Shown: positions 1-10,013 of the stretch, one piece after another | Position numbering within the stretch: the first letter of the stretch is position 1 | How the letters are laid out: every line of letters starts with the position of its first letter | Source of the DNA: Nanobdellota archaeon | GTDB taxonomy: Archaea > Nanobdellota > Nanobdellia > JAAOXT01 | Length of the DNA stretch: 64,000 nt | NCBI GenBank assembly: GCA_018221045.1 | Contig: JAAOXT010000004.1 | Span: 25,117-89,116, forward strand | Reading direction: 5' to 3' | Notes under the pieces: generated by a model | What the model was told of the DNA's origin: nothing | Seen by the model: only the letters and a program-made list of their open reading frames with translations | Database searches by the model: none | Made by a program: the position numbers and the translations under genes

Positions 1-2752
1 TGTTGATGTCTTGCAGAACGAATCCCAATTCTTTTAGTTGGAACAGTTCTTGTCCTTTGTCTTCTTTTGAGTAGAGGAGCAGTAATTCGTCATGAACGCC
101 TGTCAAAGATTTTACGAAGTTGTCGTAGTTTTCTTGTAATTTTGGTTTTAGCTTGTCTGGGGAATATTTTTCTACTGTTTCAATTATTTGATTTGCGTAC
201 TTTATCGCTTCTTCGACGGGTTCGGGTTTGAAACCATAGTTTAAGAAATTTTTATTTAATAACTCGCCTAAGTTCGCTGCAATGTATCCGAGTAGTTCGT
301 TTAGTTTACTGAAATCCAAAGCTAGTGGTGTTGTAGGCGTTGTTGGAGGCGCTTCAGGCTCTTCTGCTGAGGGTTCTTCGCTTATTAATCCTGTGTCTTT
401 TGTTTCAAGCAGTTGTTTTAGTTCTTCGATTTTTTTTTGGTTGTAATCACGCGATTCTTTGGTTTCAATTTTATCTAATGGTAAGTTGTATTGTTCTAAT
501 ACTTGTATCAGCCATTCCAAGGTTTTTTTATCTGTTTTCAGGATTTGTTTTAGTTTTTTCCAATTTGCTTGCTTGACTATTTGGTCAATGAACTCTTTGT
601 TTTTTTCAGCGAATCTTGGGTAGAGTGATTCCTGAGGGTCAGGGACTTGAACATGAAGGATTCTAGTTAAAATGGTGATTCCTTCTTCATTTAGTTGCGT
701 GAACAGTTTCAAAACATCTTTCTTTTTCTTGGATAGTCCTTTTAGTTCTTGGATTGTCGTGGTTATTCTTGAGAACTCGTCGTTCAGGAGTGTATAAGCG
801 GAGACTAATTGGTTGAAGTCTTTTGGCAGTTTATCCAATAAGTTTTCTCTTGTTGTTCTAAACTCTTTTTCAAGATTCTTCACTCTTTGGAAGAGTTCTT
901 CTATTAATTTTTCTAGTTCTTCAGGTTTTTTGAGCAGTGCATGATAATTTCCTAATCCTTGAATGGAGGGTAAGAGTTTTTTTAGGTAAGTTAAACGAGA
1001 ATCTATCATATTTGGGATTCGACTTGTCAGAAAAGTTATTTTTTTTATCTGATTATTTTTAACGTATTCCTTTATGGATTCTTCAGTTTTTTTGTAAAAA
1101 TTTAGTAAGTGTTCTGCTAGGTCAAAATTGAGTTCTAACAATTTTTTCAGTAGTTCTTCTGATTTGTTCACTTGTCTTTTGTTCAATTCAGGTGTTAGGG
1201 AGCGTATAGCGCTTAACAAATCGATTTCAATGAGGTCTAATTGCTCTATGAATCCTAATTTCTTTACGGAACCATCTTTTTTCTTTTCTCCGAAAAGTTC
1301 TTTTTCTAATGCGCCTGCTTTTTTTTCTTTCTTGACTCTGCCAAGTGCTTTTTCCAGTTTTTTGAGTTGTTTACTAACTTTCCCGAGCATTTTTTTGATT
1401 TGTTCTGGATTCAGTGTCTCCGCGAGTTTATCCTGCCCTGTTTCTGCTTGCATAGGAATTTCCGCGGGAGGTTTTGGAGGAATGAGAACTGGTTCTTTGC
1501 CAGACAATGCTTTCAATCTATTTTCGATATCTTTTACGAGTTTTGAGTCTAATTCAAAATCGGGTACAAACCTTATTTTTCCTAAGTGTTCCATCAGGAT
1601 TCCGATGTTTTCAGGTGTTTTGTTTGAAGCCACGTACTCAATGGCTGTGTTTAGGAAGTTATTATTAATTGTTTGAGCGATAATCTTTTCACCGCCCGTC
1701 TGTTCTGAAGCTATAGAATCCAGCAAATAATCTATTATAATATCCGACAATTGCTCTAAACTTATTTCATTCTTACTTAATTTAGGAATCCAAGATGTTA
1801 TCCTTCCTCCCCTTATACCTAAAATGGTTTTAACTGTTTGGTTATCCAACTTTCTTTCGATTAGTAACTTATTGTAGTTTGTTAATGAATCCAAGATTTG
1901 GATTGCCACTCCCAACTGTTCTTTTTCCAGCCAAGCGGAAAGGATTTGGGTTAATTGCCTATTTGATTGAGATAGAACTTCTTTAGGTATTTGACCGGTG
2001 TTCTCGGTTAAAGCATTCATTACTTCTTTGAAAAGCTCTAATTCGGGAGCTTTTCTGAACATTAAGATTAAACTATTGATTTTCTCCAACGCGACGCTAA
2101 TCTCTTCTTTTTCTTCACGTTGTTTCGTTTTCTTAGCTGATATTTCTCTTTCTATTTCTTCTTTAGATTTTTCAATAATTGCTGTTCCATCTTCATCTGT
2201 TTTTGGAAACATTTTGGTTATGTGAAGTTTTATGCTTCCCGGGTTTCTACCTCTAGTAATTGTTTTATCATCTTTTATTATTCGCTGATTGAAACTGAAT
2301 TCTTGCGAAACGTTTCCTTTTATATCGGATTCTTTGGTTTTTGCTTGCTTTCCATTAACAAGGATTTTTGCTTCTTTTTTGTTTTTATCAATGATTACTT
2401 CAAGGACATCTATTTTTTTAGTGCCTTGCATTAATTCGAAATCAAACTCTTCGTCTATGCGGGAATCAACGAATTCGAAATCTACTTTAACTCTGGTTTC
2501 TTTAGCGTTGGATGAGGCTTGAATGACAGGTTTTAGAATGGTGCCCATGCCTCCTCCCCCAAGTTTTAGTTTTGTTTTTTTTGATGACTCATTAATTTTT
2601 TTAACGTCTGAACTATCAACCCCTGGAGAAACTATTCCAATCACTTCTCTCTTGAAATCATCAACTTCTTTTCCATCAATGTCTAAAGAAACGTAAACTT
2701 CTCCTAATAGCTTGATTTCCTCAACGCTTTCATCAGATGTTGCACTAGGCAT
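1..2752 (-). CDS. Large coiled-coil-type hypothetical protein, N-terminal 917 codons (3' end runs off the window start)
   Basis: ATG at 2752-2750. Hand translation of the minus strand stays open to position 2 (MPSATSDESVEEIKLLGEVYVSLDIDGKEV ... ELFQLKELGFVLQDIN). It is absent from the ORF track because there is no stop in the window. The + strand ORFs 340-576, 1128-1676 and 1998-2522 are S/F/L-rich antisense shadows. Composition is K/E/L-rich. No family recognised. Confidence 0.7.
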   Translation of the reverse strand, partial: MPSATSDESVEEIKLLGEVYVSLDIDGKEVDDFKREVIGIVSPGVDSSDVKKINESSKKTKLKLGGGGMGTILKPVIQASSNAKETRVKVDFEFVDSRIDEEFDFELMQGTKKIDVLEVIIDKNKKEAKILVNGKQAKTKESDIKGNVSQEFSFNQRIIKDDKTITRGRNPGSIKLHITKMFPKTDEDGTAIIEKSKEEIEREISAKKTKQREEKEEISVALEKINSLILMFRKAPELELFKEVMNALTENTGQIPKEVLSQSNRQLTQILSAWLEKEQLGVAIQILDSLTNYNKLLIERKLDNQTVKTILGIRGGRITSWIPKLSKNEISLEQLSDIIIDYLLDSIASEQTGGEKIIAQTINNNFLNTAIEYVASNKTPENIGILMEHLGKIRFVPDFELDSKLVKDIENRLKALSGKEPVLIPPKPPAEIPMQAETGQDKLAETLNPEQIKKMLGKVSKQLKKLEKALGRVKKEKKAGALEKELFGEKKKDGSVKKLGFIEQLDLIEIDLLSAIRSLTPELNKRQVNKSEELLKKLLELNFDLAEHLLNFYKKTEESIKEYVKNNQIKKITFLTSRIPNMIDSRLTYLKKLLPSIQGLGNYHALLKKPEELEKLIEELFQRVKNLEKEFRTTRENLLDKLPKDFNQLVSAYTLLNDEFSRITTTIQELKGLSKKKKDVLKLFTQLNEEGITILTRILHVQVPDPQESLYPRFAEKNKEFIDQIVKQANWKKLKQILKTDKKTLEWLIQVLEQYNLPLDKIETKESRDYNQKKIEELKQLLETKDTGLISEEPSAEEPEAPPTTPTTPLALDFSKLNELLGYIAANLGELLNKNFLNYGFKPEPVEEAIKYANQIIETVEKYSPDKLKPKLQENYDNFVKSLTGVHDELLLLYSKEDKGQELFQLKELGFVLQDIN

Positions 2753-2791
2753 GATAAAATCTTGTTTTTCTGGGTTAAAAAAGTTTTAGAT

Positions 2792-3094
2792 TTATTGCTG
2801 TTTTACGGGTTCAGGCGTGCTTTCAGGTTTTGCCTCAACCACGGGTTTTTGGCTTGTCTTAAACACCGTGTAACCGCACTTACCGCAAGACTCGCGGTTC
2901 TTGTGCGACGCGAGGAAAGTGGCTTGACCGCACTTAGGGCAACTCTTCCTAGACTTAGAAACCTTGCCTCCCTCAACTTTATAAAAACTCCATTTCTTGC
3001 TTGTCGGGCGCTTCGTACGAATCTTCTTTCCCTTAGCCTCCTTCTTCTTAACAACGCTTACTGGAGCTTCAACAGTAGTCTCTTCTTCCGCCAT
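2792..3094 (-). CDS. rps27ae: 30S ribosomal protein S27ae (eS31)
   Basis: Basic 100-aa protein with zinc ribbon CPKCGQ...CGKCGY. Lies directly downstream of S24e, as in the conserved archaeal spt4-rps24e-rps27ae unit. Confidence 0.9.
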   Translation of the reverse strand: MAEEETTVEAPVSVVKKKEAKGKKIRTKRPTSKKWSFYKVEGGKVSKSRKSCPKCGQATFLASHKNRESCGKCGYTVFKTSQKPVVEAKPESTPEPVKQQ

Positions 3095-3096
3095 TC

Positions 3097-3552
3097 CTAC
3101 TTTTTCACTCCTTTCTTCTTTTTCTTGGCTTTCTTCTCGGCCAGCCCTGAACGAACCAACAAGTAATGAAGGCAGACCCGCTTCATCTGCTTCTCATCCT
3201 TATAAACGTGAGCCGCGCCTAACGCGATCGTCCTGCCAAAACTGGTTTTAAGCGGGAGTATAATTGTTAAGCCAGGCTTAGAGTCAATTGTTGCTATAAG
3301 CTTGCTCCTAACATCCTCTCTTCGAGGAGTGCTGGATTCTTTGAAATTGATTTCGAAAAAAACTTCTTCCCTGCCCAAAAGCTTATTCTCCTTCTTCTCA
3401 ACAACCTTAATCTTAAAAGGTTTGGACTTCTTTTTCTCATCTGTTTTCGGGCTAGCCTCTTCTGTCTTCACTTCTTCTTTTTGAAGCTCTTCTTTAACCT
3501 CTTCTTTCTGAGGTTCTTTTTTGACTTCTTTTTTAGGTTTACTTTTTTCCAT
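3097..3552 (-). CDS. rps24e: 30S ribosomal protein S24e (eS24) with a K/E-rich N-terminal extension
   Basis: Core [25 protein letters not shown]...[17 protein letters not shown] is S24e-like. It is preceded by about 45 residues of K/E-rich low complexity. Confidence 0.85.
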   Translation of the reverse strand: MEKSKPKKEVKKEPQKEEVKEELQKEEVKTEEASPKTDEKKKSKPFKIKVVEKKENKLLGREEVFFEINFKESSTPRREDVRSKLIATIDSKPGLTIILPLKTSFGRTIALGAAHVYKDEKQMKRVCLHYLLVRSGLAEKKAKKKKKGVKK

Positions 3553-3566
3553 TTGTTTTTAACTCT

Positions 3567-3755
3567 CTATTTTCTTATTCTTAAAGCGTAAGCCCCTTTT
3601 CTTTCAGTTTTCAGTTCTTTAGCGATCTCAGACTTTTCAGGATTAAAAATTATTGCAACGCCAGTGAACTTGTCAGTGAACTCTCTTCCATTGCATATAG
3701 GGCATTCCTTGGTTTCAGTGATTATATGACATTTAATGCACGCTTTTTCACTCAT
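3567..3755 (-). CDS. spt4: Transcription elongation factor Spt4 (RpoE'')
   Basis: 62 aa with zinc ribbon CIKC...CPIC. Overlaps the upstream rpo7 stop by 4 nt. Conserved archaeal synteny. Confidence 0.85.
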   Translation of the reverse strand: MSEKACIKCHIITETKECPICNGREFTDKFTGVAIIFNPEKSEIAKELKTERKGAYALRIRK

Positions 3756-4315
3756 TTTTCATCACCTTTTTTCTTGGTTTTCTCAACCCACCATTCTGGC
3801 TTGCCAAGACCTTTTTGTCGCATGGTCAACCCGATTTTTGGTGTTTCACTGGTCTTAAATGAAATGGCGATGATGCGCGCGACAACTTGGTCGCCTACTT
3901 TTATGACGCTGTTTGATTCCCTGCCTTGCAAGGACCCGCTTTTTGAATAGCTCACGAAATCATCCATGACTTGAGATAAGTGAACCATTCCTTCAACAGG
4001 ACCTATTCTTATGAACGCGCCGAACTCTGTTATCTCGCTCACAAAGCCTTTAACTATTTCCTGCAATTCTGGCTTCCACACTAACATATCGAACTCGGCG
4101 TCATAATAAACCGCTCCATCCCCTGGTAAGATTACTCCTTCACCAATGCTGTTAACACTTATGTTCAATAGCAGGACCCCTATTTTTCTGTCAAAAATGC
4201 CTTCGTAACCGTCTTTAATGGCTCCTTCCACTGAATCCTCTAATTTTTCCTTGAAAAGGTGTGGTGGAACGCGAATCCTATCTTTAATCGAAACAATTTC
4301 ATACATTTTTACCAA
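3752..4315 (-). CDS. rpo7: DNA-directed RNA polymerase subunit Rpo7 (E')
   Basis: N-terminal Rpb7-like fold followed by an S1 domain (GFVSEITEFGAFIRIGPVEGMVHLSQV). Sits upstream of spt4. Confidence 0.9.
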   Translation of the reverse strand: MVKMYEIVSIKDRIRVPPHLFKEKLEDSVEGAIKDGYEGIFDRKIGVLLLNISVNSIGEGVILPGDGAVYYDAEFDMLVWKPELQEIVKGFVSEITEFGAFIRIGPVEGMVHLSQVMDDFVSYSKSGSLQGRESNSVIKVGDQVVARIIAISFKTSETPKIGLTMRQKGLGKPEWWVEKTKKKGDEK

Positions 4316-4345
4316 AAACTCGTCATTAATATTTATAAAACTTTG

Positions 4346-4708
4346 CTATCTCAATTCAAGCTTTTTCTTTCCTCGAGGAAAAATAACTCTGAAACCTTTT
4401 TTTAAAAGCTCTTGTTTTAACTTCTTATCCGACGTGCAAACAACTGTATCCTGTTTATCCATTTTCAAGATTAACGGGTCAGCATCTCCCACTAATCCCG
4501 TAGTCATTACACCCACTCCTTTCTTGGACATTAATGATAATGCCGCTGGAACAGAAGACTCCTTGATTTTTTTCAGCTCTTCCAAACAATAATCCGGAAA
4601 AAAGATTTTGTACTCGCCTTGCACTATTCTTCGAATCTCATAGTAAACGTCCACTCCAAGAGTGAACGGTAATAACGGGAAGTTGGTGTCAAAAACTATT
4701 TTTTGCAA
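4346..4708 (-). CDS. PIN-domain protein (Fcf1/VapC-like), the type usually found upstream of rpo7 in archaea
   Basis: IVFDTNF near the N-terminus and a later acidic TSD motif. The track ORF extends to ATG 4765, but that segment (MSSSWEHCFHCSV...) overlaps the upstream gene by 77 nt. TTG at 4708 gives a typical PIN N-terminus. The start remains uncertain. Confidence 0.6.
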   Translation of the reverse strand: MQKIVFDTNFPLLPFTLGVDVYYEIRRIVQGEYKIFFPDYCLEELKKIKESSVPAALSLMSKKGVGVMTTGLVGDADPLILKMDKQDTVVCTSDKKLKQELLKKGFRVIFPRGKKKLELR

Positions 4709-7226
4709 GCAATAACACCCCCGCAAAACCGAGCAGTGAAAGCAGTGCTCCCAAGAACTCGACAAAATGAGTTTCGACCGTGAAAGTTATCACTCCGATG
4801 GTTCTGGCTTTGACAAGCATGTAACCCTGATAAGTTTCTAAAATAGGCAGTTCCCTGCCTGACTGGTAAGCGCGCCATTTAGGAAAAAAAGCTTGCTTGA
4901 AAAGGACTAAATCGCCGCGCTTAACGTTGCGAACCACGAATAAATCGTTTTTTTCCTGAAAAAACATTTCTCTTGGCGTGGCGTTAACGTCCTCAAAGTT
5001 TTCAACCCCCTCCCCTAAATACGTTTTGTCAGCGTAATCAATACCCTCAAAATCGTCCTCCAAACCAGTAAATAACAAAGTACCCTTAAAACCCGTCAGG
5101 TCCATGTCCACGACCCCGTCGCTCAGCGCGAACTCGTAATCCTCTAATGGAAGGGAATCGTTGACAAGGAAGTCGAACTTGTAACCCCCTTTTCTCTTCA
5201 ACACTCCTTCAATGGTTGCTTCCCGCAAGGATTCGCCGTCAATTGTTGGCGAGAACACTTTAGTTAAGTAAGGTTTTTCAACCAAGTACGTTTCGTTCAT
5301 GTGAAAAACTTTAACACAAATCTCGTCACTCTGCCTCACGTAATCCGGGTAAAAAACCTTGTAAGAAGCTAGACCAATTGGTGTGCACACGTCGCTAACC
5401 ACTATGTCAACACCCGCTTTTTTGAAAAGATTGTAAGCAAGATAACCGTTATTCGGCTTCAAGAAGTCGTTGCTCGCCTGCTGGACTGGCAGGATAGTGT
5501 TCTCGTAAACCCTTAGCGTGCAGTGAGATTCGAAACCATAACCCGCGAACGCGGGTTTACCCGTCCAAAAAGTGATTCCAGGAATTATGCCAGGCCCAAA
5601 AATTCCGAACACGACGAACCTGCCTTCAGGGTACTGGTCAAGAGTGTTGTAAAGAAGTCCGAACACGGTTCTATCCGCCATGGCTGGCTCGACGATGAAA
5701 GACCTTGACAACTTATACGAAAACATGAACACGTTAGAGAACAACAGCAAAAATAACGTTATGAAAACCGCTTGTTTGAGCGCGCCTTGACTCTCCCAGT
5801 AATCCTGCACTAACCTGCCAATGCTGAAAGCGAATAAAGGAATGAACAAATAATACTGGTACACCCTACCGAACAAGATGTCATATTTTGGGATAAACTT
5901 CCACAACGGGGTGAACTGCAAAAAAATGTAAGCTAATAGGATTATTGATAGAATTCCAGGAAAATTCTGCTCGCTCAACTTCTTCTTAGACACCAAAAAA
6001 AGGATTATCACACTGGCCAAACCTAAATAAAAGAACTGAGGGCTCAGGCCTGTCAGGCTCGGAATATCGTACTCAACTTTTGAAGGATCCAAATGACTGG
6101 CAGCTATTTCAAAAAATTTTGTGGGAGAGTCCATTATGCTCATCCAAGCTCCTTCCTGATACTTGAAAGGGAAGTAATCCAGCCAAGAGAAAAAAGGCAG
6201 CATCCAAGCCATGCTCAACAGGATAGCGATTCCTGCGCTCAGCGCTCCCCAAAAAAGCACGCCTTTCTTGTCCTCAAAGGTTTTGAAAAAAAGAAGGATT
6301 GAAATGAGCAACGGGAATACCAGCACGTAAACGTTGAAATAATAATTCATGAACCACGCGAACAAGGTGATTGACAGAAGGAACGCGTTCTTCCTGGGTT
6401 TTTTAAAAAAACGCAAGAGGACGAGCAAAAACAAACAAATAAAGAATTGGTCCATTATGGTTTTCGTGACCTCAGAAACCTTCACGGTTATCGGAAGCGC
6501 AACCCCAACTAACGCGAGCGTGAGAGATATTTCTTCATTGATCTTAAAATTCTTGAGAAAAGCGTACAACGATAACCCGAACAAAAGTGAAAACACGTAA
6601 AGGCTCACGTTCAAATTTTTCCAAGCAGTTAACGCTGTTACCGCTGACTGCGCTGCAGGAATCAAATAGCTTAACGGGGGGTAAGAGTAAAACGTGGTCA
6701 TCCCACTGTACCATTTCGTGCTCCAACCAATGAACTCTCCGTTCAATACGCTAAGCACGAGCTCATGAGTTTCGTAAACCCATTTAGCGCCAAGGGTCAT
6801 TGGGTTAGCGTTCGCTGTCAGAAAAGGAAGATGAACAGCAAAAAAACCGGCAAAAAACAAAGCGGTTATGAGAAGAAACGAGGGTTTGACGTTAATGCTT
6901 GGTAATCTGAACTTGAATTTTTTAACCTGCTCCAAATTTAATAATAAGATAATCCCTGACAGCAAGGCAGGCTCGAATAGGAAATAACTTTTTAAGACTA
7001 TTTGAAAACCTCTGGTCAAAACAAAGTAGGGCCAGTAAACCATGACCGCGGATAAAGGCACTGAGAACAAGAACTTTTCAAGAACTGACAAGTCTTTCTT
7101 GTAAAAGTGAAGTATTAGGAAGCAGGGCAGCAACGTGTAAAACAATGAGATGGAGTAAACTCCTGCAGTGACTGTAAGAAAAACTAGTGATAAAACAAGC
7201 AATAAGTAATCCTTATCTTCACTCAT
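4689..7226 (-). CDS. Large polytopic membrane protein with a C-terminal soluble domain (function unknown; GT-C-like architecture)
   Basis: 845 aa. More than 12 hydrophobic segments over about 520 aa are followed by a soluble domain of about 320 aa. No WWDxG STT3/AglB motif was seen, so it is not called AglB. Confidence 0.55.
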   Translation of the reverse strand: MSEDKDYLLLVLSLVFLTVTAGVYSISLFYTLLPCFLILHFYKKDLSVLEKFLFSVPLSAVMVYWPYFVLTRGFQIVLKSYFLFEPALLSGIILLLNLEQVKKFKFRLPSINVKPSFLLITALFFAGFFAVHLPFLTANANPMTLGAKWVYETHELVLSVLNGEFIGWSTKWYSGMTTFYSYPPLSYLIPAAQSAVTALTAWKNLNVSLYVFSLLFGLSLYAFLKNFKINEEISLTLALVGVALPITVKVSEVTKTIMDQFFICLFLLVLLRFFKKPRKNAFLLSITLFAWFMNYYFNVYVLVFPLLISILLFFKTFEDKKGVLFWGALSAGIAILLSMAWMLPFFSWLDYFPFKYQEGAWMSIMDSPTKFFEIAASHLDPSKVEYDIPSLTGLSPQFFYLGLASVIILFLVSKKKLSEQNFPGILSIILLAYIFLQFTPLWKFIPKYDILFGRVYQYYLFIPLFAFSIGRLVQDYWESQGALKQAVFITLFLLLFSNVFMFSYKLSRSFIVEPAMADRTVFGLLYNTLDQYPEGRFVVFGIFGPGIIPGITFWTGKPAFAGYGFESHCTLRVYENTILPVQQASNDFLKPNNGYLAYNLFKKAGVDIVVSDVCTPIGLASYKVFYPDYVRQSDEICVKVFHMNETYLVEKPYLTKVFSPTIDGESLREATIEGVLKRKGGYKFDFLVNDSLPLEDYEFALSDGVVDMDLTGFKGTLLFTGLEDDFEGIDYADKTYLGEGVENFEDVNATPREMFFQEKNDLFVVRNVKRGDLVLFKQAFFPKWRAYQSGRELPILETYQGYMLVKARTIGVITFTVETHFVEFLGALLSLLGFAGVLLLAKNSF

Positions 7227-7308
7227 GTCTAAACAACTTTTTTTGTCCGAGGGTTAAAAAGATTGCGGTGAAAGCAAAGATTCGTCAAAGAAAAGGGAGG
7301 GATAATCT

Positions 7309-7911
7309 TTATCCTGTTGGGCCTAGCAAGAACAGCCCTGCACCGAACTTGTGAACCTTCTTCTTATGAAATGGTTGCGAGCTTCTTAGAGGGTACTCAA
7401 ATTTTTTTATTAGCTTGCACGAGTAACCATTGTTCCTGCTGACCGCTTCGAGAAAACTTTGGCTCTCCAGCTTCTGAATAACGTAAACCTTTTTCATTGT
7501 TGCAAACGCTTTTTTCAGGAAGGGCTGGTCAGCGTGCTTTCTCTGAACCCCGAAAGGAGGGTTCATCACCACCAAATCAATCCTTAGAGGGTCAAAATCC
7601 TTCACGTCCGAACAAAATATTTCAACATTCTTTAAACTTAGGTCTTCCAAGTTTTTCCTTTGGGTTTGAACAGCTCGCTCGTCAACCTCAACTGACACTA
7701 CTTTCTTGGCTCCGAGCAAGGAAGCGCCGATCGCGAGCACGCCGGTCCCGCTGCCCAAATCAAGAACCTTCTTACCAGCGAGCTCGTCCTTGATGAGCCA
7801 TAACACTTCTGCAGCTAATTCTCCTGGAATCATGTATTGTTCTAACCTTGCTTTTGGCTTGTGAAAACCTTTCAACAAGGATAGGGTTATGGCTAATCTT
7901 TTTTTCTTCAT
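7309..7911 (-). CDS. SAM-dependent methyltransferase, METTL5/COG2263-like
   Basis: Motif I VLDLGSGTGVLAIGA and motif IV NPPFG. About 200 aa. Confidence 0.75.
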   Translation of the reverse strand: MKKKRLAITLSLLKGFHKPKARLEQYMIPGELAAEVLWLIKDELAGKKVLDLGSGTGVLAIGASLLGAKKVVSVEVDERAVQTQRKNLEDLSLKNVEIFCSDVKDFDPLRIDLVVMNPPFGVQRKHADQPFLKKAFATMKKVYVIQKLESQSFLEAVSRNNGYSCKLIKKFEYPLRSSQPFHKKKVHKFGAGLFLLGPTG

Positions 7912-8198
7912 CTCTCAACGCTTTTCATAAACTTGTATAAGAAGTATATTGTAAACACCAGCATCAAAAAAGGCGCGTAAACCAGTGCGTAAGCGAACTG
8001 AGATATTATTTTGGTCATTGGAAACAACAAGCCCAATATCAATATTGAATAAATCAAAAGCACTAGCCATAAAATATTGTACTTTTTGGGTCTTGTCTTA
8101 GCGAAAAACTTGGTGAATAAGTAACCAAGGTAAAACATGAACAAAAAACCTATTCCTCCTATTAAAGGGAATACTATTTCATAAGGTATTTGAGTCAT
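7908..8198 (-). CDS. Small membrane protein (about 3 TM helices)
   Basis: 96-aa hydrophobic ORF coupled by 4-nt overlaps to both neighbouring genes. Confidence 0.5.
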   Translation of the reverse strand: MTQIPYEIVFPLIGGIGFLFMFYLGYLFTKFFAKTRPKKYNILWLVLLIYSILILGLLFPMTKIISQFAYALVYAPFLMLVFTIYFLYKFMKSVER

Positions 8199-10003
8199 TT
8201 TTTTAATTGTTGAATCATTTTGAAAACCATTTTTCCGTCAGCCCTTCCTCTCGCTTCACCCCTCACTAAACCCATTAACGCCCCGAACGAAGCGCTTCCA
8301 TGTTTTTTTAAAACTTTTTTAACCAGTTTTTCGAGCTCGTCTTCACTCATAACCCCAAATTTTTTCTCAACAACTTTTCGAGAACGTCCTTTGGAAAGCA
8401 TTGTCAAAGCTTCCACGTAAGAGTCTTTTGACAGAACACCCTCGTTTATTAGTCCGAACAACTCTGAAAAATTCTTTATAGTCAATTTAGTGATTCCTTT
8501 TTTTTTCAACTCTGTTTTCGCTCCGAAAAACATTTTTGCTAACTCTGTTGGCTTAATCTTTTTGTACGTGACAAGTAATTGTTCAAAATCTTTCAGTTTT
8601 CTGGAATTGATAACTTGACTGGCCAGTTCCTCGCCCAAACCCATGTTCACGAACTTATCGAATTTTTGTTCAGGGGTCTCCACTCGCTCCACTCTAAGTA
8701 ACTCGTCACTTATTTCCACGATTGGCAGGTCTGTTTCAGGGTACATTCTGGCAGACCCTGGCATTGGCCTCAAGAAAGCAGTGGTGCCGTCAGGTCGGGC
8801 GGCGCGAACATCTTTAGGAACTCCTTTAAAAAATTGTTTAAGCCTGTCCACGCCCAACTCAAGAGTCTGATAACACTTTCCTATCTCTCCGGCAGCTATT
8901 ATGAACGCGTCGCTCTTACCGCAAGACAAAGCCTTATTCACCCCATTCACTTCTCTTGCAGAAACCTTGTAAGCTGGAAGCTCGTCTGAATGAAGAACTC
9001 CTTTAAGACCTACCATTTTAGCAATATCAGCTATCTCCGTCCCAATCCTACGATTTGGAAGGATTTCTCGAGAGATAAAACCTTTAAACCCCTTCAAACA
9101 AACTCCTAACACGTTCTTTCCTTTCAAAAAGCTCTTAGACTTCTCGAAAATCTTTGAAACATTTTTAAAATCTTTTTTAAGAAGTTTAGGGCTTGATTTC
9201 TTTCTTAATTCTTTAGAGATTAAGATTATATTCTTTTGTCTTAATACTTCGTTCTCAATGATTTTTGGCATTAATTTAAGGTCTTGAACCCCTTTTATCT
9301 CAACCCTTGTTCCCCCTTTTATTGAAACGTTAACGTCCTGTCGAATAGATCCTAATCCTCGTTTTACGTGATTGGTCATCCAAAGAGTTGTGCCAAGCTT
9401 TTTTGCTGTTTCAACAGCGTGAAAAGGGTTCTTGATGTCCGGCTCTGTTCTAAGCTCGATTAGTGGAATACCCAACCTGTCAATCCTGTAAAAAATCTTG
9501 TCTTTTTCTTCCTTGATTTTTCTCGCCGCGTCCTCCTCAAGGGAGAGCATGTTCACTCTGACTCTTCCGAGGGATGTATCAACGAACCCGTCCTCCGCGA
9601 CTAGCGCGGTTCTTTGAAATCCTGAAGTGTTAGACCCGTCAACAACAGTTTTTCTCATCACTAAAACTTTTTTTAAAATGTTCATGTTCAGGAGTCTAGC
9701 TACTTGAACGCTTACCATCAAGGCTTCTCTGCTCATCATATGGGGTGGCTCGGAATCCATTTCAACCAAGCAAGTGGTGTCATCGTACCCTTCGTAAACA
9801 AAGAGTTTGTCTTTAACCTCTTCAAGCTTGGTCGCCACGTCTTTCTTACCTGTTTCTCCAACAACAGCTCTAAGCTTTCTTTCAACCCTGAAGTCCGGGT
9901 CTTCTTTGCGAAGCATTGACGGACAGGAGCAGAAAAGCTTGTTCGTGTCTAATTGAGCGTGTATTTCTAAACCGCATTTAAAACCCAGTTTTTCGTAATT
10001 CAT
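8195..10003 (-). CDS. gatE: Glutamyl-tRNA(Gln) amidotransferase subunit E
   Basis: MNYEKLGFKCGLEIHAQLDT... is a GatB/E-type N-terminus. Length is about 600 aa and gatD lies immediately upstream. ATG 10003 is preferred because ATG 10063 overlaps gatD. Confidence 0.9.
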   Translation of the reverse strand: MNYEKLGFKCGLEIHAQLDTNKLFCSCPSMLRKEDPDFRVERKLRAVVGETGKKDVATKLEEVKDKLFVYEGYDDTTCLVEMDSEPPHMMSREALMVSVQVARLLNMNILKKVLVMRKTVVDGSNTSGFQRTALVAEDGFVDTSLGRVRVNMLSLEEDAARKIKEEKDKIFYRIDRLGIPLIELRTEPDIKNPFHAVETAKKLGTTLWMTNHVKRGLGSIRQDVNVSIKGGTRVEIKGVQDLKLMPKIIENEVLRQKNIILISKELRKKSSPKLLKKDFKNVSKIFEKSKSFLKGKNVLGVCLKGFKGFISREILPNRRIGTEIADIAKMVGLKGVLHSDELPAYKVSAREVNGVNKALSCGKSDAFIIAAGEIGKCYQTLELGVDRLKQFFKGVPKDVRAARPDGTTAFLRPMPGSARMYPETDLPIVEISDELLRVERVETPEQKFDKFVNMGLGEELASQVINSRKLKDFEQLLVTYKKIKPTELAKMFFGAKTELKKKGITKLTIKNFSELFGLINEGVLSKDSYVEALTMLSKGRSRKVVEKKFGVMSEDELEKLVKKVLKKHGSASFGALMGLVRGEARGRADGKMVFKMIQQLKK

Positions 10004-10013
10004 TTTTTTTTGA

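Noticed and set aside
340-2522. Plus-strand ORFs 340-576, 1128-1676, 1998-2225, 2222-2434 and 2289-2522
   Set aside because: Their S/F/L-rich low-complexity translations are typical antisense products of a K/E-rich gene. A single minus-strand frame is open across the whole region.
4689-7226. Calling the 845-aa membrane protein AglB/STT3 oligosaccharyltransferase
   Set aside because: No WWDxG motif or other STT3 signature could be found by eye, so only a generic GT-C-like architecture is claimed.
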